The translations under genes were made by a program, and so were the position numbers. A stretch of DNA of 64,000 bases from Bacteroidota bacterium (GTDB taxonomy: Bacteria; Bacteroidota; Bacteroidia; 2-12-FULL-35-15): positions 3,147 through 67,146 of the forward strand of contig JAZKBF010000037.1 in assembly GCA_040388745.1 (NCBI GenBank). Reading direction: 5' to 3'. Below are positions 38,883 through 49,472 of the stretch, one piece after another (within the stretch, counting starts at the first letter, position 1; each line of letters opens with the position of its first letter). The notes beneath the pieces were generated by a model, which was not told where the DNA came from, searched no databases, and worked only from the letters and a program-made list of their open reading frames with translations.

Positions 38883-39635
38883 CTAAACGATGTTCAAACA
38901 TTTTGCAAGCGCATCTTTATAAGAACCGCCAATAGGAATAAGTTTTTTGTCATCTTCCAAAAGTAAATTCGGCTGTTCAATAGCAACAATTTTATCAATA
39001 CGAACAATGAATGAACGGTGTACACGAACAAAATCAGTAGATGATAGTTTTTTCTCAATATCTTTCATAGTAGCATGAATGGTATAACGGGTGGTAGCTG
39101 TATTGATCACCACATAATCTTTCAATGCTTCAACAAAATAAATATCGCTGGATTTTACTTTTACCAAACGGGAATTTGATTTTACAAAAAGAATATCCTT
39201 TGAATCTTTATTTTCTGCAAGTGAATATAAAAAATCACGCTCTTTTTTAACATCCGTTTCTTTTTCGTGTTTATATAAAGACATCTCTATGGATGTACGC
39301 AGATCGATCTCTTTAAATGGCTTTATGATATATCCGTAAGGTTCAGATATTTTTGCTTTGTTCAATGTACTTTCGTCAGCATATGCTGTAAGGTATATTA
39401 CAGGAATGTCATATTTTTCACGAATCTGCAAGGCAGCTTCAATTCCGCTTAACTCACCTTTCAACATGATATCCATTAATACCAGATCAGGCTTAAACTC
39501 TTCTGTAGCTCTAATGGCATCCTCACCTGTAGAACACATATCCACAACTGTATATCCGAGTTTTTTTAAGCTATGTTGAATGTCTTTAGCAATAATGCTC
39601 TCATCTTCAACTATTAGAATGTTTACTTTTGACAT
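38883..39635 (-). CDS. Response regulator, receiver plus LytTR DNA-binding domain
   Basis: IVEDE, LMDI, YLTA and KP receiver residues, then YFVEALKDYV and FVRVHRSFIV. TATCTTTG box at 39681-39674. Confidence 0.93.
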   Translation of the reverse strand: MSKVNILIVEDESIIAKDIQHSLKKLGYTVVDMCSTGEDAIRATEEFKPDLVLMDIMLKGELSGIEAALQIREKYDIPVIYLTAYADESTLNKAKISEPYGYIIKPFKEIDLRTSIEMSLYKHEKETDVKKERDFLYSLAENKDSKDILFVKSNSRLVKVKSSDIYFVEALKDYVVINTATTRYTIHATMKDIEKKLSSTDFVRVHRSFIVRIDKIVAIEQPNLLLEDDKKLIPIGGSYKDALAKCLNIV

Positions 39636-40067
39636 TGGCTTATTTCTTTTTTTTTAATATTTAAATGACCCATCAAAGATACGATTTTTAAGAGTAGAAC
39701 TATTCTCTTAAAAAATTATACTAGATCAATCGATATAAAGTATAGATCAATCCACATAAAATATATGACCACTAAGGTATGAATTAAAATTAAAATTTAC
39801 AAATAAATTTATTACTTTTTTCAGTTGAGCATAAAAAATCTTGCGATGAAACGATAAAACGCGAAGATAAACAATGACCGGAAAACCGATACAAATCAAT
39901 AATTTATAAAAAACAATTAACATTAGAACAATCGCGGAAACATTAATGAAACTTCTTTTTGCATAATTCGTAGGAGTACGAGTATTGTTGAAAAAGTTTG
40001 TTCAAAAGTTTTCAATCATCATGACTAAAACTTGTATTTATAAAACTATTTTTATAAAAAAAATATA

Positions 40068-41489
40068 TTGAAAACTCAAAATAAAACATATACATTTTTC
40101 CTGAAAGCATCACTATTGTTAGTGCAGGGGATCTACTTTTCAGCATCAGCACAGCCGGATTTTAAAAAAGTTTCTGTTGTTGAAAAGTATATTGTAGGTT
40201 ACAACGATGTAACTAAAATGAAATTCATTAATGATTCGGTATTATATACCGAAGGCTGGCACACGCTTCCACAACCAAAATTCTGGCAACAGATCATGCG
40301 ACTTACCCCTGATTCGGCAATTGTAAGCTTAGCTACCAATCGCCAGATGCTCGATCGTATTTCTATAAAAGAATGGAATAAATTATCAGAAGTTCAGCAT
40401 GCTTTATATAAAGATAGTATCCGTAAGATCAAAAATATTCCGGATAGCTTAACGATATACATTACTGCCGGAAAAAAAGATTTTTATGAATTTAAAAAAG
40501 TGATGCCGACCATCAACAGGTCTATTAATGTATTCAAACAAAACGGAGTTGACCCTTGGTATGCGCAAGCGATATTGCTGATCGAAAGTCCGGGAAAAAT
40601 GAATACTAAATCTACTGTAGGTGCTAATGGGCCATTTCAGCTGATGAAACCTGTTGCCCGCAATATGGGTTTAATAGTAAATGGCAAAGTGGATGAACGT
40701 TCCGACATCGAAAAATCTGCTTTAGGAGCTTCCCGCTTACTGAGTCGTATTTGTATACCATACGTAAGGAAAATGCTTGACAGCGCTCATTTACAATACA
40801 ACGAAACGGATCTGTGGTTCCGCTTATTGGTTCTTCACTCCTATCATGCAGGTGCAGGTAATGTGGCTGGTGTGATACGTAAAATTAACCCTTGCGAAGG
40901 TGGTGTTCAATTGATCCAAACTGTTTGGCAAACTTCTTATGGTGGTTTTAAAAACGCATCACAAAATTATTCTCAGTTAGCTTTAGCGGCATTTTGTAAT
41001 TTCGATGAAATGGTGATGCAGAAAAGCGATTCGGTTTACCTGATTGAAGGAGATCGTATGTTAAACGCTTACGCCACCTGTAATTATTCACCTTACGACA
41101 AATGCAGCTATTTAGGAAGCTGTATTGCCGGTTACGAATCTGACCTTGTTGATGGGATAATTCCATTTGATTATTTTATTACTAAAACCAATATTATTCA
41201 ACGCGAACTATCCGGATTATCTCCATTTCAAAATCCTTACGGTGATGAGTATTATAATACCTTCGGCTATAAATTACTGAAAGCGAAAAAAACGGAAGAT
41301 GCTCAAAAAATATTCAAATTAAATGAAACCAATTACCCTGATTCATGGAGTGTTTATCACGGTTTGGGAGAAACGTATCGTTTAATGGGACAAAAAGAAC
41401 TGGCATTGGTTAATTACAAAAAATCATTGAAACTCAATCCTAAGAATGAAGATAGTATCAGAGCCATTTCCAGGCTTAGTCAAAAATAA
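40068..41489 (+). CDS. Lytic transglycosylase (SLT domain) with C-terminal TPR
   Basis: Signal peptide, LLIES catalytic motif, GANGPFQLM, SYHAGAGNV, then TPR-like WSVYHGLGETYRLMGQKELALVNYKKSLKLNP. Confidence 0.82.
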   Translation: MKTQNKTYTFFLKASLLLVQGIYFSASAQPDFKKVSVVEKYIVGYNDVTKMKFINDSVLYTEGWHTLPQPKFWQQIMRLTPDSAIVSLATNRQMLDRISIKEWNKLSEVQHALYKDSIRKIKNIPDSLTIYITAGKKDFYEFKKVMPTINRSINVFKQNGVDPWYAQAILLIESPGKMNTKSTVGANGPFQLMKPVARNMGLIVNGKVDERSDIEKSALGASRLLSRICIPYVRKMLDSAHLQYNETDLWFRLLVLHSYHAGAGNVAGVIRKINPCEGGVQLIQTVWQTSYGGFKNASQNYSQLALAAFCNFDEMVMQKSDSVYLIEGDRMLNAYATCNYSPYDKCSYLGSCIAGYESDLVDGIIPFDYFITKTNIIQRELSGLSPFQNPYGDEYYNTFGYKLLKAKKTEDAQKIFKLNETNYPDSWSVYHGLGETYRLMGQKELALVNYKKSLKLNPKNEDSIRAISRLSQK

Positions 41490-41531
41490 ATACTATTAAA
41501 CATTTCGCTCCTTTATTTGCAATAGTCTCTC

Positions 41532-41560
41532 AAAACGCCTTTAGGAATAAAGGCGTTTTT
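41532..41560 (+). terminator. Intrinsic terminator
   Basis: aaaacgccttta-ggaa-taaaggcgttttt. Confidence 0.82.
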
Positions 41561-41569
41561 ATATTTAAT

Positions 41570-41862
41570 GTCATTCTGATCCCTTTTTTATGGGAGAAGA
41601 ATCTTGTCAATCATATCTAAAAACATTCATTAAAATACAAGATCCCTCGCGAAAAGCTCGGGATGTCAGTGGTGGCAAAAATGGAAGAATTCTGAATGAC
41701 CAACGATACTGCTGCGTTAGGGATTGCAACGTAAATCCTTCTCCGATTTTTCATCGGAGAAGATTGAAGTGGAAAGCCCGCCCCTTTTACCTCACCCCGT
41801 CCTTTGGACACCCCTCTCCATTTGGAGAGGGGAAGGGGGTGAGGTAGAAAGGGGAACGCCCC
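41570..41862. repeat. Composite cluster of three REP-like palindrome families
   Basis: gtcattctga...ctcgggatgtc (41570-41667), agggattgcaacg...gaaagcccg with inner hairpin, and cctcacccc...cccctctcca-ttt-ggagagggg...gggggtgagg (41781-41854). Confidence 0.75.
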
Positions 41863-41896
41863 AAAAAAGATGTTTTTAATTAACGAACTCAGATTA

Positions 41897-44789
41897 TCAC
41901 CTCAACAATAAAAACTTTCCAATATCCTGATGGAATTCGTTTTTAGGATCCATAAAAAATATTTTATACACGTATACATCCTGCTTGGAAAGAGCCCCTT
42001 TATAATAACCATTCCAACCTTCGCCCGGGTTGCTTGTTTCAAATATTTTTTCACCCCAACGGTTAAAAATTAAAAACATGTAATCATGCACACATGTTGT
42101 TACCGGTTTAAACAAATCATTCACCAGATCATTATTTGCAGGGGTAAATGCATCCGGAACATATACCGTTCCGCATAAAGCAACTGGCACTGTATCTATT
42201 ACAGTTACTGTTACACAAGCAGTATCCGTGCATCCGGCATTGTCAGAAACCATAACACAATAAGTTGTAGACAGAACCGGGCTTGCAGTTGGAATGCGGC
42301 AGGTGTCACAATCCAAGCCGGTTGGAGGCGTCCAAAAATAAGATATACCACCCGATGCAGTTAATTGCGCGGATGAACCGGAATTTATTGTAATGTTAAC
42401 ACCTGCATTTGCAGTAGGTCCCCCGGTTGTAGCAATAGTTCCGGTACCCGTTTTTATGCAACCCAAAGAATCAGTTACGGTAACTGAATAGATTTGAGAC
42501 GAGAGATTTGAGATTTGTGACAGGGTGCCACCGTTACTCCATAAATAAATCAAACTACCGGTACCGCCACTTGCGACAACCATTGCAGAGCCATTGGCAC
42601 TTCCACAACTTGATGGAGTTGTACTTACAATTGTAGTAATCGAATCGGGTTGGGTAATTGCCGCTGTTTCAATTCCAACACAACCACTGCCATCAGTAAC
42701 TGAGATCGTATATGTTCCAGCCAACAAATTATTTGCTGTTGGAGCAGCTCCTCCAGTTGGTGTCCATAAATAGGTTAAACTACCTATGCCTCCGGTAGCG
42801 GAAACTACTGCACCACCATTGTTTCCTCCATAACAGGAAACGTTTGTTAGAGAGGTTATAGTTACTGTGAGGCCACCTCCGGTATTTGTTATTGTTACCT
42901 GATCAGAAGAAGAAGGACAAGGAGAATTGCTGATTGTCCATTGAAAAACAGTTGCTCCTGCCCCTAAGCCTGTTACTGTTGAATTAGCTGAAGAGGGTGT
43001 TGAGATAGTTCCACTTCCGCTTACTAAGGTCCACAAACCGGTCCCTGCTGTTGCAATGTTCCCTGCAAGTGTAGCTGATGTACTGCATACAGTTTGGTCC
43101 GCACCGGCATTTGCAATTGTTGGTGAAACCACACCTGTTATTGTAACCTGACTTGATAAAGGCGCACAAGGGGCATTACTAATTGTCCATTGAAAAACAG
43201 TAGGTCCCGTCCCTAAACCCGTTACACCAGAGTTAGGTAAAGAAGGTGATGTGATGGTTCCGCTTCCGCTAACCAGCGTCCACAAACCGGTTCCAACTGT
43301 TGGAACGTTTCCGGCTAATGTAGCCGTTGTAGAACAAACATTTTGATTGGCACCTGCAACAGGGATAGTAGTTGCAGGGTTGGATGTGATTGTTACCTGG
43401 CTGGAACCTGTACCACAGAGATTACTGATCCTCCATTCAAAAATACTTGCACCTGCACCTAAAGCAGTAATACCGGAAGTTGGGGAGGATGGAGTAGTAA
43501 TTGTGCCGGTTCCACTTATTAATGTCCACAAACCTGTTCCGGCAGTTGGTATATTTCCGTTAAGTGTTGCAGATGTTCCACAAATTGTTTGATCTGATCC
43601 TGCGTTTGAAACTGTTGGTGAAACAACACCTGTTATTGTAACCTGGCTTGATAAAGGTGTACAAGGAGGATTGCTAATTGTCCATTGAAAAACATTGGCT
43701 CCTGTTCCCAAACTTGTTACACCGGAATTTGGTAAAGAAGGAGAGGTAATAGTCCCGCTTCCGCTAACCAATGTCCACAAACCGGTTCCAACAGTTGGGG
43801 TGTTTCCGGCTAATGTAGCTGAAGTAGAACAGAGGCTTTGATCCGGTCCTGCTATTGGTGTTGTCATAGCAGGGTTGGATGTGATGGTTACCTGGCTTGA
43901 ACTTGTACCACAGACATTGCTGATTGTCCACTGAAAAACAGTTGCTCCTGCACCCAAGCCTGTAAGACCTGAAGTTGGAGAAGATGGACTAGTAATTGTA
44001 CCGCTTCCACTAACTAGCGTCCATGTTCCTGTACCAACAATTGCGGTGTTTCCGCCTAATATAGCAGTGGTCCCACATACTGTTTGATCTGGTCCTGCAA
44101 TAGCTGGTGTTGGAGGGGCAATGGCAATAATATTGCTAAGAACAAGATATTGCCAGGATGGATAAGTTGGATTAGGACCATAGGTTGCAGGGCCGGAATA
44201 ATATTTTATAACAATTGTTTTGACCAATGTAGGACTTGTGATTGTAACATCATTCGAAACCACATGCACAATTATTATAATCAGCAGTTATTGTTCTGGC
44301 CGCCCCTGTTGTTGAATATAAATTAGAACATCCGGCAACGGCAATAGAACTTGTCGGTATTGCTGCACTGGCACCATCAGTAGCGGAGATATCGACCTTA
44401 TCAGTATAATAAGTGAATTTAGTAGTGCCATCGTCATAAAAATCAGCATTAATATCAAAAAAACTAAACGTTACCGGTCCGCAAACAGGAGTAGCAAAAG
44501 TGATGGTGATGGTTACGGATTGAGATGTATTAGGCCAATCAACGGCAAGTAATAAACCTTCTGAAGTACAATAAAAATTGCCATTTGAAGGGTGATCTGC
44601 GTTGTTTCCAGCAGCAACATATTTTGGAGTACCACTTTCAAAATAAGCGCCAGAAGAGGTAACCGCTACACTCATGTTCCCATTTGTATAAGCTGCTCCT
44701 CCTGCGGGATATGCATTCCAGGTATATGTTTGTGAATATCCTTTAAAAGCAAAAAATAAAAAAATAAAACAGAAAAAAAAATTCTTCAT
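41897..44789 (-). pseudogene. T9SS type B surface protein (unique head, five Ig-like repeats, SprB-like repeats, CHU_C-like domain), split by a 1-nt frameshift near 44258; pseudogene or sequencing error
   Basis: ORF 44250-44789 has the signal peptide and ORF 41897-44269 has the stalk and sorting domain. Removing one T from GGT TTC GAA TGA gives a continuous ...CACG-SNDVTIT... reading frame. Confidence 0.8.
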
Positions 44790-44917
44790 GAAGTAATAAA
44801 TTTGCCCTGGCTTGTGCTCTCACCCGACTGAACATCTATTCGCTGGTTGGGTGCTCCACTCCTCAAATTATTGAACTCCATAAAGGTATCCAAAAATATA
44901 GGGAAGAAAGAAAAGCG

Positions 44918-44935
44918 TCCCGAAAGCTATCGGGA
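44918..44935. repeat. Mini-palindrome of CCCGATAGCTATCGGG type
   Basis: tcccgaaagctatcggga downstream of the 44956 stop. Confidence 0.55.
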
Positions 44936-44955
44936 TTTGGCCTGTCTGTGCTTTA

Positions 44956-47900
44956 TTACCTCAGCAATGTTACTTTTCCAATAAATTGATGGAATTCGTT
45001 TTTGGGATCATCCCAAAAAGTTATTTTATAAACATAAACATCCGCTTTAGACATGGAACCTTTATAAATACCACTCCAACCAACATTTTTATCGTTTGTT
45101 TCAAATAGTTTTTCTCCCCAACGGTCAAAGATCATAAAATTATAATCGTGCACACAATTAGCCACGGGCTTAAACACATCATTCAAAATATCATTATTAT
45201 TGGGAGTAAATGCACTGGGAACATATACCGATCCAACAGGAACAAATAATGTTCCGCAGGGTATGGTTGTGGCTGTATCAGAAACAGTTATTGTTACACA
45301 AGCAGTATCAGTACATCCGCCATTATCAGAAACAGTAACACAATAAATTGTAGTTATTACCGGACTTGCGGTTGGTGTTCGGCAGGTATCGCAGTTCAAG
45401 CCGGTTGGAGGAGTCCAGAAATAGGATACGCCACCTGATGAAGATAATAGTACAGATGAACCCGAAATGATAGTAACATCGGCCCCCACGCTTGCGGTTG
45501 GCCCTCCGGTGGAAGTAACAGTTCCGCTTCCTGCTTTCGTGCAACCTAAATCGTCTGTAATGGTTACTGTATAGATTTGAGACGAAAGATTTGAGATTTG
45601 AGACGTGGTGCCACCGTTACTCCATAAATATGTTAAAGTTCCTGTTCCACCGCTTGCAACAACTGTTGCAGAACCATCCGAACTTCCACAACCGGTTGGT
45701 GTTGTAGTTACGGTAGCAACAATAGAGTCGGACTGTGTAATTGCAACGGTTTCAATTCCAACACATCCATTTCCATCAGTAACAGAAATGGTGTACGTTC
45801 CTGCCATCAGGTTATTTGCTGATGCTGATGCGCCTCCTGTTGGCGTCCACAAATACGACAAACTACCTGTGCCACCTGTAGCGGAAGCGATTGTACTACC
45901 GTTATTTCCTCCATAACAGGACACATTTGTTTGAGAACTTATCGTTACAGTTGGGCCACCGCCTGTATTGGTTATTGTTATCTGATCAGCAGTAGATGGA
46001 CAAGGGGGATTAGTGATCGTCCATTCAAAAACAGATACACCAACACCTAATCCGGAAATGCCAGATGTAGCGGAAGAAGGGGTAGTGATCGTTGCTGTTC
46101 CGCTTACCAAAGTCCATAAACCTGTTCCAAAAGCAGGAACATTTCCTGCTAAGATGGCGGAACTACTGCATACTGATTGATCGGGCCCTGCTGCTGCCGG
46201 GGCACCTCCTCCTGTATTGGTTATTGTTACCTGATCGGAAGTAGGAGGACATGGTGCATTGGTGATCGTCCATTCAAAAACATTAGCACCCACTCCTAAA
46301 CCGGTAAGTCCCGATGTTGATGAAGAAGGTGTGGTTATTGTTCCTGTTCCGCTTACCAATGTCCACAACCCTGTTCCCGGTGCCGGAGCATTTCCGGCTA
46401 AGGTTGCTGAATTACTGCAACTCGATTGGTCTGGTCCGGCTGCAGCTGCTGTAGTAGCAGCAGGTTGAGTAATGGTGACAGTGGTAGTTCCGGGACAGCT
46501 ATTATTATCCAACACATTTAGAGTGTATGTACCTGCTGGAAGGCCTGTGAAACTTTGTGTTCCGGCAATATTACTAAAAGTAGCAACCGTTGTACCGCCA
46601 TTTAGTAAAGTATAATCCCATGGAGAGACACCTCCGCTGGTTGAAGCATCAAAACTTCCGGTTGACAGCCCGAAACAACTGACATTAACAACGTTTGAAG
46701 AGGTAACCGTTAATGCAGGGCAGGTATTTGAACAATTTGGCAACGAAGCTAAACTGTTTATTACTAAGGTATTTGAAGCAGCATCAGTTACTGTGATAGG
46801 GTATGTTCCCGGAGGAGTTATTGTTACTCCTGTTGCGAAGGTAGATGTTGTGGTTCCGGGAACCCCGGCACAGAAACCCGGTATGCAGGACCCTCCAAAA
46901 CAACCGCTACAATCGGTAAATGTAGAATCTTTTGTCCATGTAAAAGGTCCGTTTCCATTGGTAACAGTAATATTTCCGTTTGTTTCCTGGCAAGCAGTTA
47001 ATGATACACATGCGCTTACTATTACAATCTCGTTGTCACTTCCACAGCCACTAATAGTATAGGTTACCGTATGGCTACCAACACCGGCAACAGCAGGAGA
47101 AAAAGTTCCCGCAGATGCACTTGTGATTCCTGTGCCGGACCACGTTCCACCAGCCACTCCGGCAGTTAAATTAGAAGGAGCATCACCAATACAAAAAGGA
47201 CCGGCCGGATTTATTTGTGCACCACAGCAGGCCACAGTAATGCTTATTGAATCGGAACCACAAGATAAGGTGTAAATTATTGTAAAAGTTCCGGGCCCTG
47301 CAACAGAGGGGCTAAAAACACCTGTGCTTGCATTTACACCGGTCCCTGTCCATGTTCCACCTGGTGTAGAAGGAGTCAATGTAAATGGTGCATCAGCAGT
47401 ACAAAACGGACCGGCAGGGCATACGGTAGCATCACAACAGAATAAGATCAAAGGCTCGCAGGAAGACATGTTGATGGATTGCACGTAACCTGTCCTGGTT
47501 GCGTTTGAATTATCTCCGGTAGCTCCGGCAACAATTACGTTTCCTCCATAACTAACCGCCACATCAAACACCCTAAAAGGTAAAGCAACGGAAGTGATCA
47601 CACTCAGGTTTGCATCATATTTTATAACAGCATTGCCGGATCCAACATAAACGTTCCCACAAGTATCAATATCAATACCGCTATTACCTGCCATATTCAT
47701 TCCAGCGCTGGTAGTAGAAACTCCTCCTGTAATTGCAACACTGGTTAAAACGGCTCCTGTAGTAAGAGAACGTTTCTGAATGGTAGTACCATTTTGAGTA
47801 TAAACAAATTTCCCATTTGCCTTGATGGACTTCATTCCTGAATTTCCGTTATCGGGACGATAATTTTCACATTTATAACTAAAACCATAGGTATGATTAA

Positions 47901-49335
47901 TATTAAATAATGCGTTTGGAGTAGGGCAAGCCGAAAAATTTTGACTCACTGCACCAATAGAATCCAAGGTAAGAAAATAATATTTTGCACCACGCGATGA
48001 TGTCATTGATCTCACTTCTTCAACATCTGTAACAGCAAAGCCCATAACGGTATGGGTACGCTTATATCCTACTACTTTAACCGAGTTTACACTTCCGGTA
48101 GAGGTATTTATATCGAAGATAACACCATCACCGGTAGGAGATGGCAATCCATTTAACCTGGTTCCACCCGTAATTAATTTTGTTTGATCACAATTAAATG
48201 AAATGTTCCAGTATTCATCCATGCTACCGCCAGAGGCTGACCATACCATTGCTCCACTTACATCCACCTTTTGGATCTTAGCACTTGAACCAGCCGTAAC
48301 ATAACTATTGCCGGCTAAATCTGTTGCTAATGTCCCCAACCAATAATTTGCGGTATCCCAAGGCGTATTATAGGTCCAAACCATGGTACCGGTAGAATTA
48401 TACTTTCTCAGTTTCATAGGTGAATCACCACCAATGATATATACATTACCGGCTCCGTCTTTCTCGCATTCCCATACACAGTTTGAGTTTGATAAGGTGG
48501 GGGTCTGCACCCAGGGATCAATGATCACCGTTTTTGTATGATCGTATTCACCTAATTTAAACGAAATTGTATTTGCTGTTTTGACAAAAAGAGAAGAAAT
48601 AATTTTTGATTTATTTTCAGAATAAAAAGTGAAAGGAGCGTGTTCAACGATATCACCAAATAAAGTAGGGATATGCAAATCGCCATTTCCTCTCAGTTTA
48701 AGCTTGTCGGCATATTTCATTTTTACTTTTGAAATGTCGGCACCGGGATGCACTATCAGTGAATATTTTATTCCCTCCATTGGGTCAACAACATATTCAA
48801 CATCGATATTCGGGTATAAATTTTTGTAGATTATTTTTTTGAACGCATTGATATGATTAATGTTTCGGTCGCTACCATCTTTTTCTTTAATAGTATAACT
48901 ATGATAATCAAACGTTTCTTCTACCGGAACTATTTCAACGTTTGGATTCGCATTTTCCCAAATAAAGCTTACTTCATCTGATTTGAACTGCATCTTGTGT
49001 TCTTCCGCTTCCATTTCAGCGTGTGATTTCTCATTTTCTGCCCCCTCACGTTGGCGCTCTTCCTCATTCTCAGTTTCGTCCTTTTTCCAACGCTTTAAAA
49101 AACTATAGGTTACGCCCTTTGCGGTAAAACTAATAACAGTAGAACCATTATCATAGGCATACAAAATTTTTTCATTGGGATTTTTAGTATGAAATTGTCC
49201 TTTGTTTTCAATAAAAACTTTAGGGTTTTGATATTGTGCTGACCAACCGTTATTTCCTTCTATTGCTTGTGTAGAAAAGGCAAATACAAAAAGAAGAAGT
49301 GTTAATATAGTAAAGCAGTAGTTTCTTTTTTTCAT
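44956..49335 (-). CDS. Large T9SS type B surface protein: FIENKGQ N-domain, beta-propeller, Ig-like and SprB-like repeats, CHU_C-like domain
   Basis: Signal peptide MKKRNY..., FIENKGQ, YKNLYPNID, IIDPW, AGPDQ repeats, NVSCYGGNNG SprB-like repeats, VPSAFTPN...IFDRWGE...GKVTLLR. TATATTTG box at 49385-49378. Confidence 0.92.
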   Translation of the reverse strand: MKKRNYCFTILTLLLFVFAFSTQAIEGNNGWSAQYQNPKVFIENKGQFHTKNPNEKILYAYDNGSTVISFTAKGVTYSFLKRWKKDETENEEERQREGAENEKSHAEMEAEEHKMQFKSDEVSFIWENANPNVEIVPVEETFDYHSYTIKEKDGSDRNINHINAFKKIIYKNLYPNIDVEYVVDPMEGIKYSLIVHPGADISKVKMKYADKLKLRGNGDLHIPTLFGDIVEHAPFTFYSENKSKIISSLFVKTANTISFKLGEYDHTKTVIIDPWVQTPTLSNSNCVWECEKDGAGNVYIIGGDSPMKLRKYNSTGTMVWTYNTPWDTANYWLGTLATDLAGNSYVTAGSSAKIQKVDVSGAMVWSASGGSMDEYWNISFNCDQTKLITGGTRLNGLPSPTGDGVIFDINTSTGSVNSVKVVGYKRTHTVMGFAVTDVEEVRSMTSSRGAKYYFLTLDSIGAVSQNFSACPTPNALFNINHTYGFSYKCENYRPDNGNSGMKSIKANGKFVYTQNGTTIQKRSLTTGAVLTSVAITGGVSTTSAGMNMAGNSGIDIDTCGNVYVGSGNAVIKYDANLSVITSVALPFRVFDVAVSYGGNVIVAGATGDNSNATRTGYVQSINMSSCEPLILFCCDATVCPAGPFCTADAPFTLTPSTPGGTWTGTGVNASTGVFSPSVAGPGTFTIIYTLSCGSDSISITVACCGAQINPAGPFCIGDAPSNLTAGVAGGTWSGTGITSASAGTFSPAVAGVGSHTVTYTISGCGSDNEIVIVSACVSLTACQETNGNITVTNGNGPFTWTKDSTFTDCSGCFGGSCIPGFCAGVPGTTTSTFATGVTITPPGTYPITVTDAASNTLVINSLASLPNCSNTCPALTVTSSNVVNVSCFGLSTGSFDASTSGGVSPWDYTLLNGGTTVATFSNIAGTQSFTGLPAGTYTLNVLDNNSCPGTTTVTITQPAATTAAAAGPDQSSCSNSATLAGNAPAPGTGLWTLVSGTGTITTPSSSTSGLTGLGVGANVFEWTITNAPCPPTSDQVTITNTGGGAPAAAGPDQSVCSSSAILAGNVPAFGTGLWTLVSGTATITTPSSATSGISGLGVGVSVFEWTITNPPCPSTADQITITNTGGGPTVTISSQTNVSCYGGNNGSTIASATGGTGSLSYLWTPTGGASASANNLMAGTYTISVTDGNGCVGIETVAITQSDSIVATVTTTPTGCGSSDGSATVVASGGTGTLTYLWSNGGTTSQISNLSSQIYTVTITDDLGCTKAGSGTVTSTGGPTASVGADVTIISGSSVLLSSSGGVSYFWTPPTGLNCDTCRTPTASPVITTIYCVTVSDNGGCTDTACVTITVSDTATTIPCGTLFVPVGSVYVPSAFTPNNNDILNDVFKPVANCVHDYNFMIFDRWGEKLFETNDKNVGWSGIYKGSMSKADVYVYKITFWDDPKNEFHQFIGKVTLLR

Positions 49336-49472
49336 TGGTATTGGCTTGACAATTAGTTGTTTGTAAAAAAAGAGAATCAAATATAAGCTAAAAAATCAGA
49401 TAATACTAAAAAGGTAACAAGGGCTTTTATATCTGATCTGCCCTCATTATCCTCGGTTACTAATTACTCATT

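Noticed and set aside
41590-41847. Short ORFs 41590-41847 (+) and 41617-41811 (-)
   Set aside because: They lie wholly within palindromic repeats after a terminator and show no protein-like features.
44250-44262. Programmed ribosomal frameshift
   Set aside because: No X XXY YYZ heptamer, prfB-like CTT TGA site or long homopolymer at the junction.
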